Source: Nemertoderma westbladi (lineage: Eukaryota; Animalia; Xenacoelomorpha). From it: a DNA stretch of 41,694 bases. How positions within the stretch are numbered: the first letter of the stretch is position 1; each line of letters begins with the position of its first letter. The stretch covers positions 1-41,694 of the forward strand of contig JAUCBJ010000363.1 in assembly GCA_032718475.1 (NCBI GenBank), read 5' to 3'. The notes beneath the pieces are model-generated. The model was not told the DNA's origin, did not search any database, and worked only from the letters and a program-made list of their open reading frames with translations. Positions 26,601 to 36,630 of this stretch are shown here, one piece after another. A program made the translations under genes and the position numbers.

Positions 26601-28931
26601 ACGGATCGCTCATTAACTTACCGGTAAAGCCGTGTAGTAAACGGATCGCTCATTAACTTACCGACTACAGTAAAGTCGTGTAGTAAACGGATCGCTCGTT
26701 AACTTACCGGCTACAGTAAAGCCGTGTAGTAAACGGATCGCTCATTAACTTACCGACTACAGTAAAGTCGTGTAGTAAACGGATCGCTCGTTAACTTACC
26801 GGCTACAGTAAAGCCGTGTAGTAAACGGATCGCTCATTAACTTACCGACTACAGTAAAGTCGTGTAGTAAACGGATCGCTCGTTAACTTACCGGCTACAG
26901 TAAAGTCGTGTAGTAAACGGATCGCTCGTTAACTTACCGGCTACAGTAAAGCCGTGTAGTAAACGGATCGCTCGTTAACTTACCGGCTACAGTAAAGTCG
27001 TGTAGTAAACGGATCGCTCGTTAACTTACCGGCTACAGTAAAGTCGTGTAGTAAACGGATCGCTCGTTAACTTACCGGCTACAGTAAAGTCGTGTAGTAA
27101 ACGGATCGCTCGTTAACTTACCGGCTACAGTAAAGCCGTGTAGTAAACGGATCGCTCGTTAACTTACCGGCTACAGTAAAGTCGTGTAGTAAACGGATCG
27201 CTCGGTAACTTACCGGCTACAGTAAAGTCGTGTAGTAAACGGATCGCTCGTTAACTTACCGGCTACAGTAAAGCCGTGTAGTAAACGGATCGCTCGTTAA
27301 CTTACCGGCTACAGTAAAGTCGTGTAGTAAACGGATCGCTCGGTAACTTACCGGCTACAGTAAAGTCGTGTAGTAAACGGATCGCTCGTTAACTTACCGG
27401 CTACAGTAAAGTCGTGTAGTAAACGGATCGCTCGTTAACTTACCGGCTACAGTAAAGTCGTGTAGTAAACGGATCGCTCATTAACTTACCGGCTACAGTA
27501 AAGCCGTGTAGTAAACGGATCGCTTGTTAACTTACCGGCTACAGTAAAGCCGTGTAGTAAACGGATCGCTCGTTAACTTACCGGCTACAGTAAAGCCGTG
27601 TAGTAAACGGATCGCTCATTAACTTACCGGTAAAGCCGTGTAGTAAACGGATCGCTCATTAACTTACCGGCTACAGTAAAGCCGTGTAGTAAACGGATCG
27701 CTTGTTAACTTACCGGCTACAGTAAAGCCGTGTAGTAAACGGATCGCTCGTTAACTTACCGGCTACAGTAAAGCCGTGTAGTAAACGGATCGCTCATTAA
27801 CTTACCGGTAAAGCCGTGTAGTAAACGGATCGCTCGTTAACTTACCGGCTACAGTAAAGCCGTGTAGTAAACGGATCGCTCATTAACTTACCGGTAAAGC
27901 CGTGTAGTAAACGGATCGCTCATTAACTTACCGACTACAGTAAAGTCGTGTAGTAAACGGATCGCTCGTTAACTTACCGGCTACAGTAAAGCCGTGTAGT
28001 AAACGGATCGCTCATTAACTTACCGACTACAGTAAAGTCGTGTAGTAAACGGATCGCTCGTTAACTTACCGGCTACAGTAAAGCCGTGTAGTAAACGGAT
28101 CGCTCGTTAACTTACCGGTAAAGCCGTGTAGTAAACGGATCGCTCGTTAACTTACCGGCTACAGTAAAGCCGTGTAGTAAACGGATCGCTCATTAACTTA
28201 CCGGTAAAGCCGTGTAGTAAACGGATCGCTCATTAACTTACCGACTACAGTAAAGTCGTGTAGTAAACGGATCGCTCGTTAACTTACCGGCTACAGTAAA
28301 GCCGTGTAGTAAACGGATCGCTCATTAACTTACCGACTACAGTAAAGTCGTGTAGTAAACGGATCGCTCATTAACTTACCGACTACAGTAAAGTCGTGTA
28401 GTAAACGGATCGCTCATTAACTTACCGACTACAGTAAAGTCGTGTAGTAAACGGATCGCTCGTTAACTTACCGGCTACAGTAAAGTCGTGTAGTAAACGG
28501 ATCGCTCGTTAACTTACCGGCTACAGTAAAGCCGTGTAGTAAACGGATCGCTCGTTAACTTACCGGCTACAGTAAAGTCGTGTAGTAAACGGATCGCTCG
28601 TTAACTTACCGGCTACAGTAAAGTCGTGTAGTAAACGGATCGCTCGTTAACTTACCGGCTACAGTAAAGTCGTGTAGTAAACGGATCGCTCGTTAACTTA
28701 CCGGCTACAGTAAAGCCGTGTAGTAAACGGATCGCTCGTTAACTTACCGGCTACAGTAAAGCCGTGTAGTAAACGGATCGCTCGTTAACTTACCGGCTAC
28801 AGTAAAGTCGTGTAGTAAACGGATCGCTCGTTAACTTACCGGCTACAGTAAAGTCGTGTAGTAAACGGATCGCTCGTTAACTTACCGGCTACAGTAAAGC
28901 CGTGTAGTAAACGGATCGCTCGTTAACTTAC
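2660..28931 (-). other. 26,272-bp GT-AG intron splitting the RBM25 RRM
   Basis: GTAAGT at 28931 and CAG ending at 2660. Removing it restores contiguous RBM25-like sequence (LHDFTVAG-KKLVVKVDAKTK) with matching phase. Confidence 0.9.
3218..4053 (-). mobile_element. Degenerate 3' fragment of a CRE-like non-LTR retrotransposon (zinc knuckle plus restriction-like endonuclease)
   Basis: LSPDEFRDGLALRYG...C-x2-C...NALSCKSGGLIIKRHDEVRE, then ADLVAWGVW...FDIAV and LLFAVLHSSSLCL*GGRRPWHGLGFGDGAGL. Typical RLE-element C-terminus, broken by frameshifts and in-frame TGA stops. Confidence 0.8.
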
Positions 28932-28969
28932 CGGCTACAGTAAAGTCGTGTAGCAAACGGATCGCTCGT
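4229..28969. repeat. 46-bp satellite, about 540 units, derived from the exon 3 donor junction
   Basis: Consensus + strand acggatcgctcgttaacttaccggctacagtaaagtcgtgtagtaa. A small set of recurring point variants and a 40-bp variant lacking ctacag; no unique spacers. Confidence 0.99.
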
Positions 28970-29067
28970 AGAGACGCCTCGGGATCGGCGTATTCGCAGA
29001 ACCCGAATGCTTGGAGTTTACCATTGGCGCCCTGGACGCGTTTCCAATTCAATACGTAACCGCAAGT
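28932..29067 (-). CDS. RBM25: RBM25-like exon 3: RRM core (not in the ORF track)
   Basis: Acceptor atttcgcttag|, 136 nt (45 codons + 1). Translates to TCGYVLNWKRVQGANGKLQAFGFCEYADPEASLRAIRLLHDFTVA(G), very close to RBM25 KCGLVLSWKRVQGASGKLQAFGFCEYKEPESTLRALRLLHDL. Phase-1 donor CCG|GTAAGT. Its last 38 nt are the terminal unit of the 46-bp satellite. Confidence 0.95.
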
Positions 29068-29515
29068 CTAAGCGAAATACATAATGTAAATGAAATAATT
29101 AATTTATACCAAGTTAATATTAATCGATATGTAAAAATAATAAAAGCTAGTCTTATAACACATAACAACGTTATGTTTTTATTTAGAACGCCTTTGCTTT
29201 AGTTTAGTTCACTTCAATGTATGTATGCATAAACGACACACAAAATCAATTGAGAAAAATGCTCGAGGTTTATCCAAATTTACCATTATCGCAATAGAAA
29301 CAAGTTAAAGTGTCACCTACGCTACACATAGCTGGTCATTGTATGGAAACAATTTTGGTCTAATTCGAACGACAATTTTTTTGTAATTCGTTAACATCAA
29401 ACCAATCCTACAACTAAATCGCAAATCGTGGATTCCTTATTGCCATCGTATGTCACAATTATGAAACTCAGACTCTCATCCCTAATATTAGACGTATTTA
29501 GACGAGAGGACTTAC

Positions 29516-29715
29516 ATTTAGCATCTGTCGTATCATTCCATCTGGGGCGACGTCGGATATGTTACCAACGAACACGGTGGTAGCGGGTTTCTCGATACCC
29601 CCGTTACGGTGTTCGTCTCCACGGGTGGGCATCATTGGTCGAGGTAAAGACATCATTGGTGGGGGCATACGGGGCGGAGGGCCCATCCCCATTGGCATAC
29701 CCATTCTGTGCTGAG
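29516..29715 (-). CDS. RBM25: RBM25-like exon 2: proline-rich segment and start of RRM
   Basis: Acceptor ttctccctttactttag| and donor AAT|GTAAGT (phase 0). Encodes ...PATTVFVGNISDVAPDGMIRQMLN, matching the RBM25 RRM start as I recall it (TTVFVGNISEKASDMLIRQLL). Confidence 0.92.
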
Positions 29716-30166
29716 CTAAAGTAAAGGGAGAAAATTGTTAACTGGGTTAAACACATTGGTATAGTTTAACAGGTATACTCATTGGTTCAACATATGACTT
29801 AACACATTGGTTCATTTAACATACATAATAAGGTTTCAGGATAAAGGTCTTCGCATCCTCTGAGTTCAGTGGTTCATATAATTCCATCTGACTTTTTTTT
29901 TTCTAGGAAAAATGTTCTTCTAAATTCTTCTCTAACCGGGCTGCCGGGATACGGTGCAGAACGAAAATTACAAATAGTTATTTTCGGTATTCACGTGGGG
30001 CTGAAAAGTAACCATTCGCTTGTCTGAGTAACAGACAGCAGATAGTCCTGTAGTAGTGTAGTCTAGTATTGTAACTAGTAGGCCTATAGTCCAGTAGTCT
30101 GATAGTATAGTACAGTAATACAATACTGTAGGCCTACGGTAGGCCTACCGTAATAAATTACCGTAC

Positions 30167-30359
30167 CATGTTGCTGTTGTTGCATGGCCATCATTTGATT
30201 TGGCATTCCTGTATTGGGGGGCATTGGCATCATGCTATACCCGTATCCTCCACCACCCATCATTTGACCCATCATCGGCCGGTGTTGCTGACCCATAACA
30301 GGCCGCTGTGGTTGACCCATCATTGAGCCAGGCTGTTGTCCCATGTTCATGTTCATCAT
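30167..30359 (-). CDS. RBM25: RBM25-like gene, probable first coding exon (Met/Gln/Gly/Pro-rich N-terminus)
   Basis: Reads MMNMNMGQQPGSMMGQPQRP...QQQQH, with the same low-complexity composition as the next exon. First ATG is at 30359. Phase-1 donor G|GTACGG at 30167 fits the phase-1 acceptor at 29715. An alternative pair (ACG|GTAATT with CAG| at 29711) also keeps frame, so boundaries are uncertain. Confidence 0.65.
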
Positions 30360-31589
30360 CCTGTCTTCCTTATACCAAACTGCCAAATTAGCAGACTAGG
30401 AGGATATACAGTTATTTATACTATACTGTTATAGTAGGCCTATACCGATACCGGTAGGCCTAGACTAGAATTTCTCTGCTCTGGTTTACTGGCTGATTGG
30501 TTTAAAATTTAAATAAATACCGGTCAGCTGGTACAGAAACATGTACTGATCTGACTGACATGACTGATGTATGGGGACTGACTGACTGACTGACTGACTG
30601 ATGGATACCGGCAGACCGGTATACTGGACTGGCATGACTGGTATACTGGTATAGACATAAATACTGAAATAGGCCTACATAAATATAGGCCTAGGCCTAG
30701 GCAGCTAGGGGTACCGGTATATCTGTATATTGGTAATACCGCCGGTTTCACACCTACTGACCCAGACTGGAATCCATACATACTGACATAGGCCAGTAGG
30801 CTGTAGGCCTACTTAATCCATACATACTTTACAATAAAAGCTGAAAAGCGCGCAAATGCAGCAATGTGGCGCGTGGCGCGCTCGAAAATCGTAAAGCGCG
30901 CCGGCTCCGGCGCGTGGCGCTCCCAAAAATTCCAAAAAAAAATAAAAAAATAAAATAAAAACCGGCGCCGATTTGTTGGTTGATCAATTTTACGGAAGTG
31001 CCTTAAAAATTGCATTACCGGTCAGCCGGTAGGCTACCGGTAGCTCTTTAAAAATTTGTATATTGTATGGTTACTGCTGCAGTGCTGTACGTACAGGGAC
31101 AGATAGGCCTACAGGCTACAGCCTGACAGCCAGACAGCAATACCAGAGTAGGCCTACTGAGTACTGACTCTCTGACTCTGACATTGGCAGACTGGTTACA
31201 CTCCTTCAAAATTTAAATTGCATTGGAGCGGCGCTCTTCAAAATTGTTTCTATGTGCGGCGCGCTTAAAACAGTAAAAATTTCGTTGAGGGTGGAGGGGG
31301 GGGGGGGGGGGTTGCTTCGAAATTGCATCGGCGCGCTATCCGGCGCACTTTTTGGATGGATTCCATACAGGCTACTGAGACTGACCTAGGCCTACCGGTC
31401 AGCCGGTCTGGTCACCGGTAATGGATTATTACAGTACCGGTACCAGGCGCCAGGGTACCGTTATTACTACTACTACTACCTGACTACTACCAGACTACAG
31501 TATTCTGGTATTAGGCCAGTAGGCAGTAAGGTAGGCCTATAGGGCCTACATTCAGACATTTGACATTAGCAGATTAGGTCTGTAGGTAA

Positions 31590-33324
31590 GGTAGGACCAT
31601 GGCCTACTATATATATGGCCTAACATTAGGGCTCGATCGGAGTTGGGATTTGGCCGGAGCCGGAGCAGGAGCCGGAGTTGGACAATTTGGCCGGAGCCGG
31701 AGCAGGAGCCGGAGTTTTTCAAAAAAATTAAAAATTTAATTATTTATTAAAAAATAAATTATGCCTATGGTTATCGTTCGCCAATCGCTCATAATCAATC
31801 GTACTGTAGGTCTAATTAACTTCATAATTTATAGATTTACGAATTTTCAATTTAAAATTTTAAGTAATTAATTTAACACGGACAGACGGCCTGACGCTGA
31901 CGCTGTAGACAGGTAGAGGCAGAGAGGTGTGTACTGTAGGTAGCCTACCGTACTGCCGTACGTTTACCAGTACTGCAGTCAGGCAGTACAGTCTGACAGT
32001 ATGCTGACATGACAGCTGTAAATGGCTGCAGTGGCAGAGTGGTAGGCCTACAGTGTACAATCATAGCATTTACAATTTTTTACAGTAGGGCCTATCTGTA
32101 ATAGTCTGCTAGTCAGCCAGCTGGCCAGTACCAGTACTGCAGTACAGTCAGTCAGTCATTGACTTTAAGTAAATACTGCAGTATTATGCTTGACAGCTTG
32201 ATATTAAAGCTGTACTACTGACTACAGTACTTATAGTGTAAATAATTGTTCAGATTAGAATATGCACGAAATATAATACTTTATTAAAAAATTAACTCCG
32301 GCAATATTTTTACCGGAGCCGGAGCAGGAGCCGGAGGTGCCAAAATGGCCGGAGCCGGAGCCGGAGGCCGGAGCTCCGATCGAGCCCTACCTAACATGTT
32401 ATCGATTTGGCCTTAAAAAAGAGGCCAGTTTTTTTTTACACTATTTTGATATTTTGATATGGGGAGAGTCGGGGAGTTCTATAAATTTTTATTTGCTGCA
32501 ATTTGGTCAACGGACGTAATTGAAGTCTCCTCATTAAGCAAGATGCTAAATTTTATGGTAGCTAGTGTTTTAGATAGGTTTAGCTAGTAATTTCAACACT
32601 GGTTCCGACATCCTACTTCCCTCTATAAATTTTGTAGTAGGCCTAGCTAGTTCTTATTACTATTTGTATAGAAAATGTTCCAGAACATGTTAGCTATTCA
32701 TTTTTAAAAAAGTTATGTTCTAGAACAATTTTTTGTTCTTCTGTTACTTTTGAACATTTTTTAGAAAAAAATCTGGATTCTATTTAAAGCGCAAGGAATC
32801 GTTCTAAAACGTGTTTAAAATCAATAAAAAAAAAATAGGAAAAAAAATATTGTGAATATAATTTTTTGAAAAAAAAAATTTTGAAATTTTTTTATTGATT
32901 TAAACACGTTTTAGAACGATTCCATGCGTTTTAAATAGAATCTAGATATTTTTCTAAAAAATGTTCTAGAACAAAAAATCTAGAACGTGATTTTTTTTAA
33001 AATGAATAGCTAACATGTTCTGGAACATTTTCTATACAAATAGTAATAAGAACTAGCTACTACAAAAAATTTATAGAGGGAAGTAGGATGTCGGAACCAG
33101 TGTTGAAATTACTAGCTAAACTTATCTAAAACACTAGCTACCATAAAATTTAGCAACTTGCTTAATGAGGAGACTTCAATTACGTCCGTTGACCAAATTG
33201 CAGCAAATTAAAATTTATAGAACTCTCCCCATATCAAAATAGTGTAAAGAAAAACTGGCCTCTTTTTTTATGGCCAAATCGACAACATGTTAGGCCGTAT
33301 ATATAGTAGGCCTATAGTCCTACC
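31590..33324. mobile_element. Foldback or long inverted-repeat element, left arm interrupted by the hAT MITE
   Basis: 32398-~32833 is the imperfect reverse complement of ~32887-33290, with an AT-rich spacer of about 55 bp. Symmetry continues past the MITE: ggtaggaccatggcctactatatatatggcctaacat versus atgttaggccgtatatatagtaggcctatagtcctacc. Confidence 0.88.
31627..32389. mobile_element. Non-autonomous hAT-type MITE (763 bp)
   Basis: Perfect 16-bp TIRs tagggctcgatcggag (31627-31642) and ctccgatcgagcccta (32374-32389). 8-bp TSD cctaacat at 31619-31626 and 32390-32397. Subterminal ggagcc repeats at both ends. Confidence 0.92.
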
Positions 33325-34396
33325 AGTATACAGGCTGACAACAACCGGCAGACAGGTTAACTTAGGCCTAAGTGTTATTTTATTCACTTTTCCTTTTATG
33401 ATCTTTTATAAAAGAATTTTAATTTAATTTAAATTAATTAAATTTAAATTAATTTTAATTAAAAGATCTTTTATAATATTCTACTATCTTTAAAAAAAAT
33501 TAACATATCTCAATTCTATATATTATATTATAATCGTAATTAACTCACTCAAAATCAATTCACAAAATACTTTCAGTTTTTAATAATCTGTAATAATAAT
33601 TAATAATAATTATCTGTACAGTATATTTTAGGTGTACCAAAATATGCTTTAATCTATTACAACTGCAATACTCCTTCATCACAAAAATAGTTTTCCAAAT
33701 ACAAATTAAAAATAATACATGCACAATAATTAAATTATTAACATTGTAGGATCCGTCACAGACACAGGCGACCATGGAATTACCTTCCGAAAACCAAGGA
33801 ATTCCAGAAATAGGGCACGGATAAACAATGGTTTCGTCTACATTACGAGTATTTTGATGTGAGTTTTTCTGACTATCGTAATCACGACCAAGCAATGGTT
33901 TCGGACTACGCCCAGAAACTGTAACATTCGTAGGTAAAGGGGCGGTAGGTATGGACCGACTCTCAAACGAACGTTGTCTCTACTAATTTTTAGGTTGCCG
34001 TTGATAGGTACAATAGATATATTCTTATCATTTATTTCAGTTACTCTATGGTCCATTAAATTTTGGTGCAAGTTTATGTATGATCAGTGCCAGGTTTGAC
34101 AGAGTGGTTTCTGGCCCAGACAATATCAAAAAAATTAATAATCTCATCTCTCACTTTACGGTTATAATTTTGTTTTTGTCTATTTTGAGAAATTAAAATA
34201 TTTCTACGAGCTAAATTCCAAACAACTGACATATGTTCACCAATTAGTTTAGCACGTTTATGAGGAGTAAATATTTGACTTTTTTGTCCTCCTTTTTTTA
34301 CGAATTGTACGTAATGACTTTTGTTGTCCCTTTAATGACTTTTGTTGTCCTTTAATTACTTTTTATGTATGTATTTCTTCAAACTGTCAGACTGCT

Positions 34397-34600
34397 GATT
34401 TCTGGACTGTCAGACAGTTCATTTCAACATGCCTATGCCAAAACATTCAAAATTTGTCGATTTCTGGTCTGTCGGACAGTTGGTTTCACTATGCCTGTGC
34501 CAAAACATTCAAAATTCCATGATTTATAGACTATGAGATAGATTTCCATATGCGCCTGTGGTAAAAGACTCTAAATTTAATAGTTTGTGGTTGTTGTCGA
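34397..34600. repeat. Degenerate 62-bp tandem repeat, about 3 copies
   Basis: gatttctgg/gatttatag recurs at 34397, 34459 and 34521; ccaaaacattcaaaatt at 34438 and 34500. Confidence 0.75.
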
Positions 34601-34639
34601 TAATCGATTACCACATGACGTAGCATAAACACTCATTTT

Positions 34640-35160
34640 ATAGCCAAAAACAATTACCAATTGATGGAAAGGAGCAGGTTAAGGCCGGATTTTCTAACCA
34701 AAACAATAAACAGTCACTTTACCAAATGAAGGAAAGGAGCAGGTTACAGAGACTAGCCTTTCTAACCAAAACAATAAACGGTCACTTTACCAAATCAGGG
34801 AAAGGAGCGGGTTACAGAGGCGGGATTTTCTAACCAAAACAATGAACAATCACTTTACCAAATGAAGGAAAGGAGCAGGTTACATAGATGGTATTTTCTA
34901 ACCAAAACAATAAACGATAACATTACCAATTGAGAGAAAGGAGCAGGTTACAGAGGCGGGATTTCCTAACCAAAACAATAAACGATCACTTAACTAATTC
35001 AGGGAAAGGAGCAGGTTACAGAGGCGGGATTTTCTAACCAAAACAATAAACGAACACTTAACTAATTGAGGGGAAGGAGCAGGTTACAGAGGCGGGATTT
35101 TCTAACCAAAACAATAAACGCGATCATTTAACTAATTGAGGGAAAGGGGCAGGTTACAGG
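34640..35160. repeat. 68-bp tandem repeat, about 7.5 diverged copies
   Basis: ctaaccaaaac recurs at 34694, 34762, 34830, 34898, 34966, 35034 and 35102. Confidence 0.95.
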
Positions 35161-35223
35161 ATTTCCGGGATTTTGTGGGATTTTCTACTACTAGGATCGG
35201 CATGCTGCATTGCAGCTGCATTT

Positions 35224-36630
35224 TTAAGAATGCTGTGCCGGCGTGTCAACAAAATTGCACCGCCACAACTCCCTATCACCCATGACATTTGCTAGATCAT
35301 CCGCATCTTTAAGGCCAGTGTCCTTTAAGATGCGTCTCAAGAAAGTCATGGGCTGTCCACCATGCTTATTCACTCCATGAGGCTGCCAAAGTACAAGATT
35401 ATGCACTGGCTGGTCCTCACGGCGAAAGCAATGTCCTGCAAAGCGGAGGCGATTTTGTTCTAGTGTCAAGCTTGGGGGAACCAATGAGACACCTCCAATG
35501 TTATATAGTGTCTGGTTGGAGATATGTGCATTGTACTTGACACAATGAACCCGGCGTAGCATTCTTGTGAATGTACCATCCAGAGATTTGGTGTCCTCAG
35601 CTGTTAGAGCCCAGCATGGACTCCCGTAGAGGAGTACTGGAACTACTGCTGCTCTAAATAATCGGACCTTAAGTTTCCGATTAATTCTCGGTGACTTCCA
35701 AATCCTGGAAAGCCTATTCAAGGCTGCCCATGCCTTTCCCTTACGTATTCGAAGGTCCTCACCTGACTTCCGGATCCATGATCCCAGGTAACAGAAGTCG
35801 TCCACATGCTCAAGCATACCATCATTTGAGCTTATGCTCATCTGATCAGAGACTTGCTGATGACTTTCAAAGTTAACTGTCAAAATTTTGGTCTTTCTGG
35901 AGTTAATAAAAAGACCAACACTAGAAGCAGCATGTGCTAATGAGCTGAGGAGCCGTTGGGCTCCCTCTAGTGATTCTGAGAGTACTCCTAAGTCATCATC
36001 AAAGTCTAGATCAGTTAGGTACTTGGCAGGATTTCCTCGTCTTCTGGAGCCAGTAGGTGGAGTTATCATCACCCTATCATCATTATGATGATCTAAGGAC
36101 ATGCGTAGAACATAGTCAACCACAATTATGAACAAGAATGGTGCAAGTGTGTGTCCCTGGAGGACGCCCCATGACACTTCAAATGGTTCTGTATCACCGT
36201 CAACAGTAGACACAAATGTTGTCGAACCATCGTATACTGATCTGATTGCTGCAATAATTTCACCAGGAATCCCAGATTATGAAAGTATGCTGAACATACA
36301 TGAGCGAGAGACGGAATCAAAGGCCTTGAAGAAGTCAACAAAGATAACAGCCAGATGCCTGTCTTTCTTTTTTGATAACTCTGAATGGGCTCCATGGTCC
36401 CACGACCTTTACGGAACCCATTCTGATTTCCACGGAGCAGTGTCTCAATGGGATCCCTGATGCGATTCAATATAATTCTATTGTATAGCTTTGCAGCAAT
36501 CGAGATCAATGACATTCCCCGAAAAGAACCATAGAGTGTTAGGTTGCCCTTCTTGGGAACTGGCACCAACTTATTTGTTTTCATTTCTTGTGGGACTTTT
36601 GTTGCTCGGTACATGTCTAATATGATGGCG
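35224..36630 (-). mobile_element. 5'-truncated, frameshifted RTE-like LINE reverse transcriptase
   Basis: RT motifs LVPVPKKGNL...FRGMSLISIAAKLYNRIIL, NQNGFRKGRGT, GVLQGHTLAPFLFIIVVDYVL, TDLDFDDDL (FADD position altered), FCYLGS, VLLYGSPCW, RLRFAGHCFR. Split over two frames near 36380. Confidence 0.92.

Noticed and set aside
4229-28931. Satellite as a protein-coding repeat
   Set aside because: A 46-bp period shifts frame each unit and hits TAA within two units on the gene strand.
4229-28969. CRISPR array
   Set aside because: Head-to-tail units with no unique spacers, no cas genes, eukaryotic spliced context; the unit derives from an exon junction.
29011-29202. 63-aa plus-strand ORF
   Set aside because: Antisense overlap of exon 3 and intron 2; non-ATG start.
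30840-31350. GGCGCG-rich patches and G-run as the RBM25 promoter or a MITE
   Set aside because: Only a short inverted match (aagcgcgccg/cggcgcgctt); no defined ends, TSD or TSS evidence.
35691-36460. Short plus-strand ORFs
   Set aside because: Antisense to the RTE reverse transcriptase.
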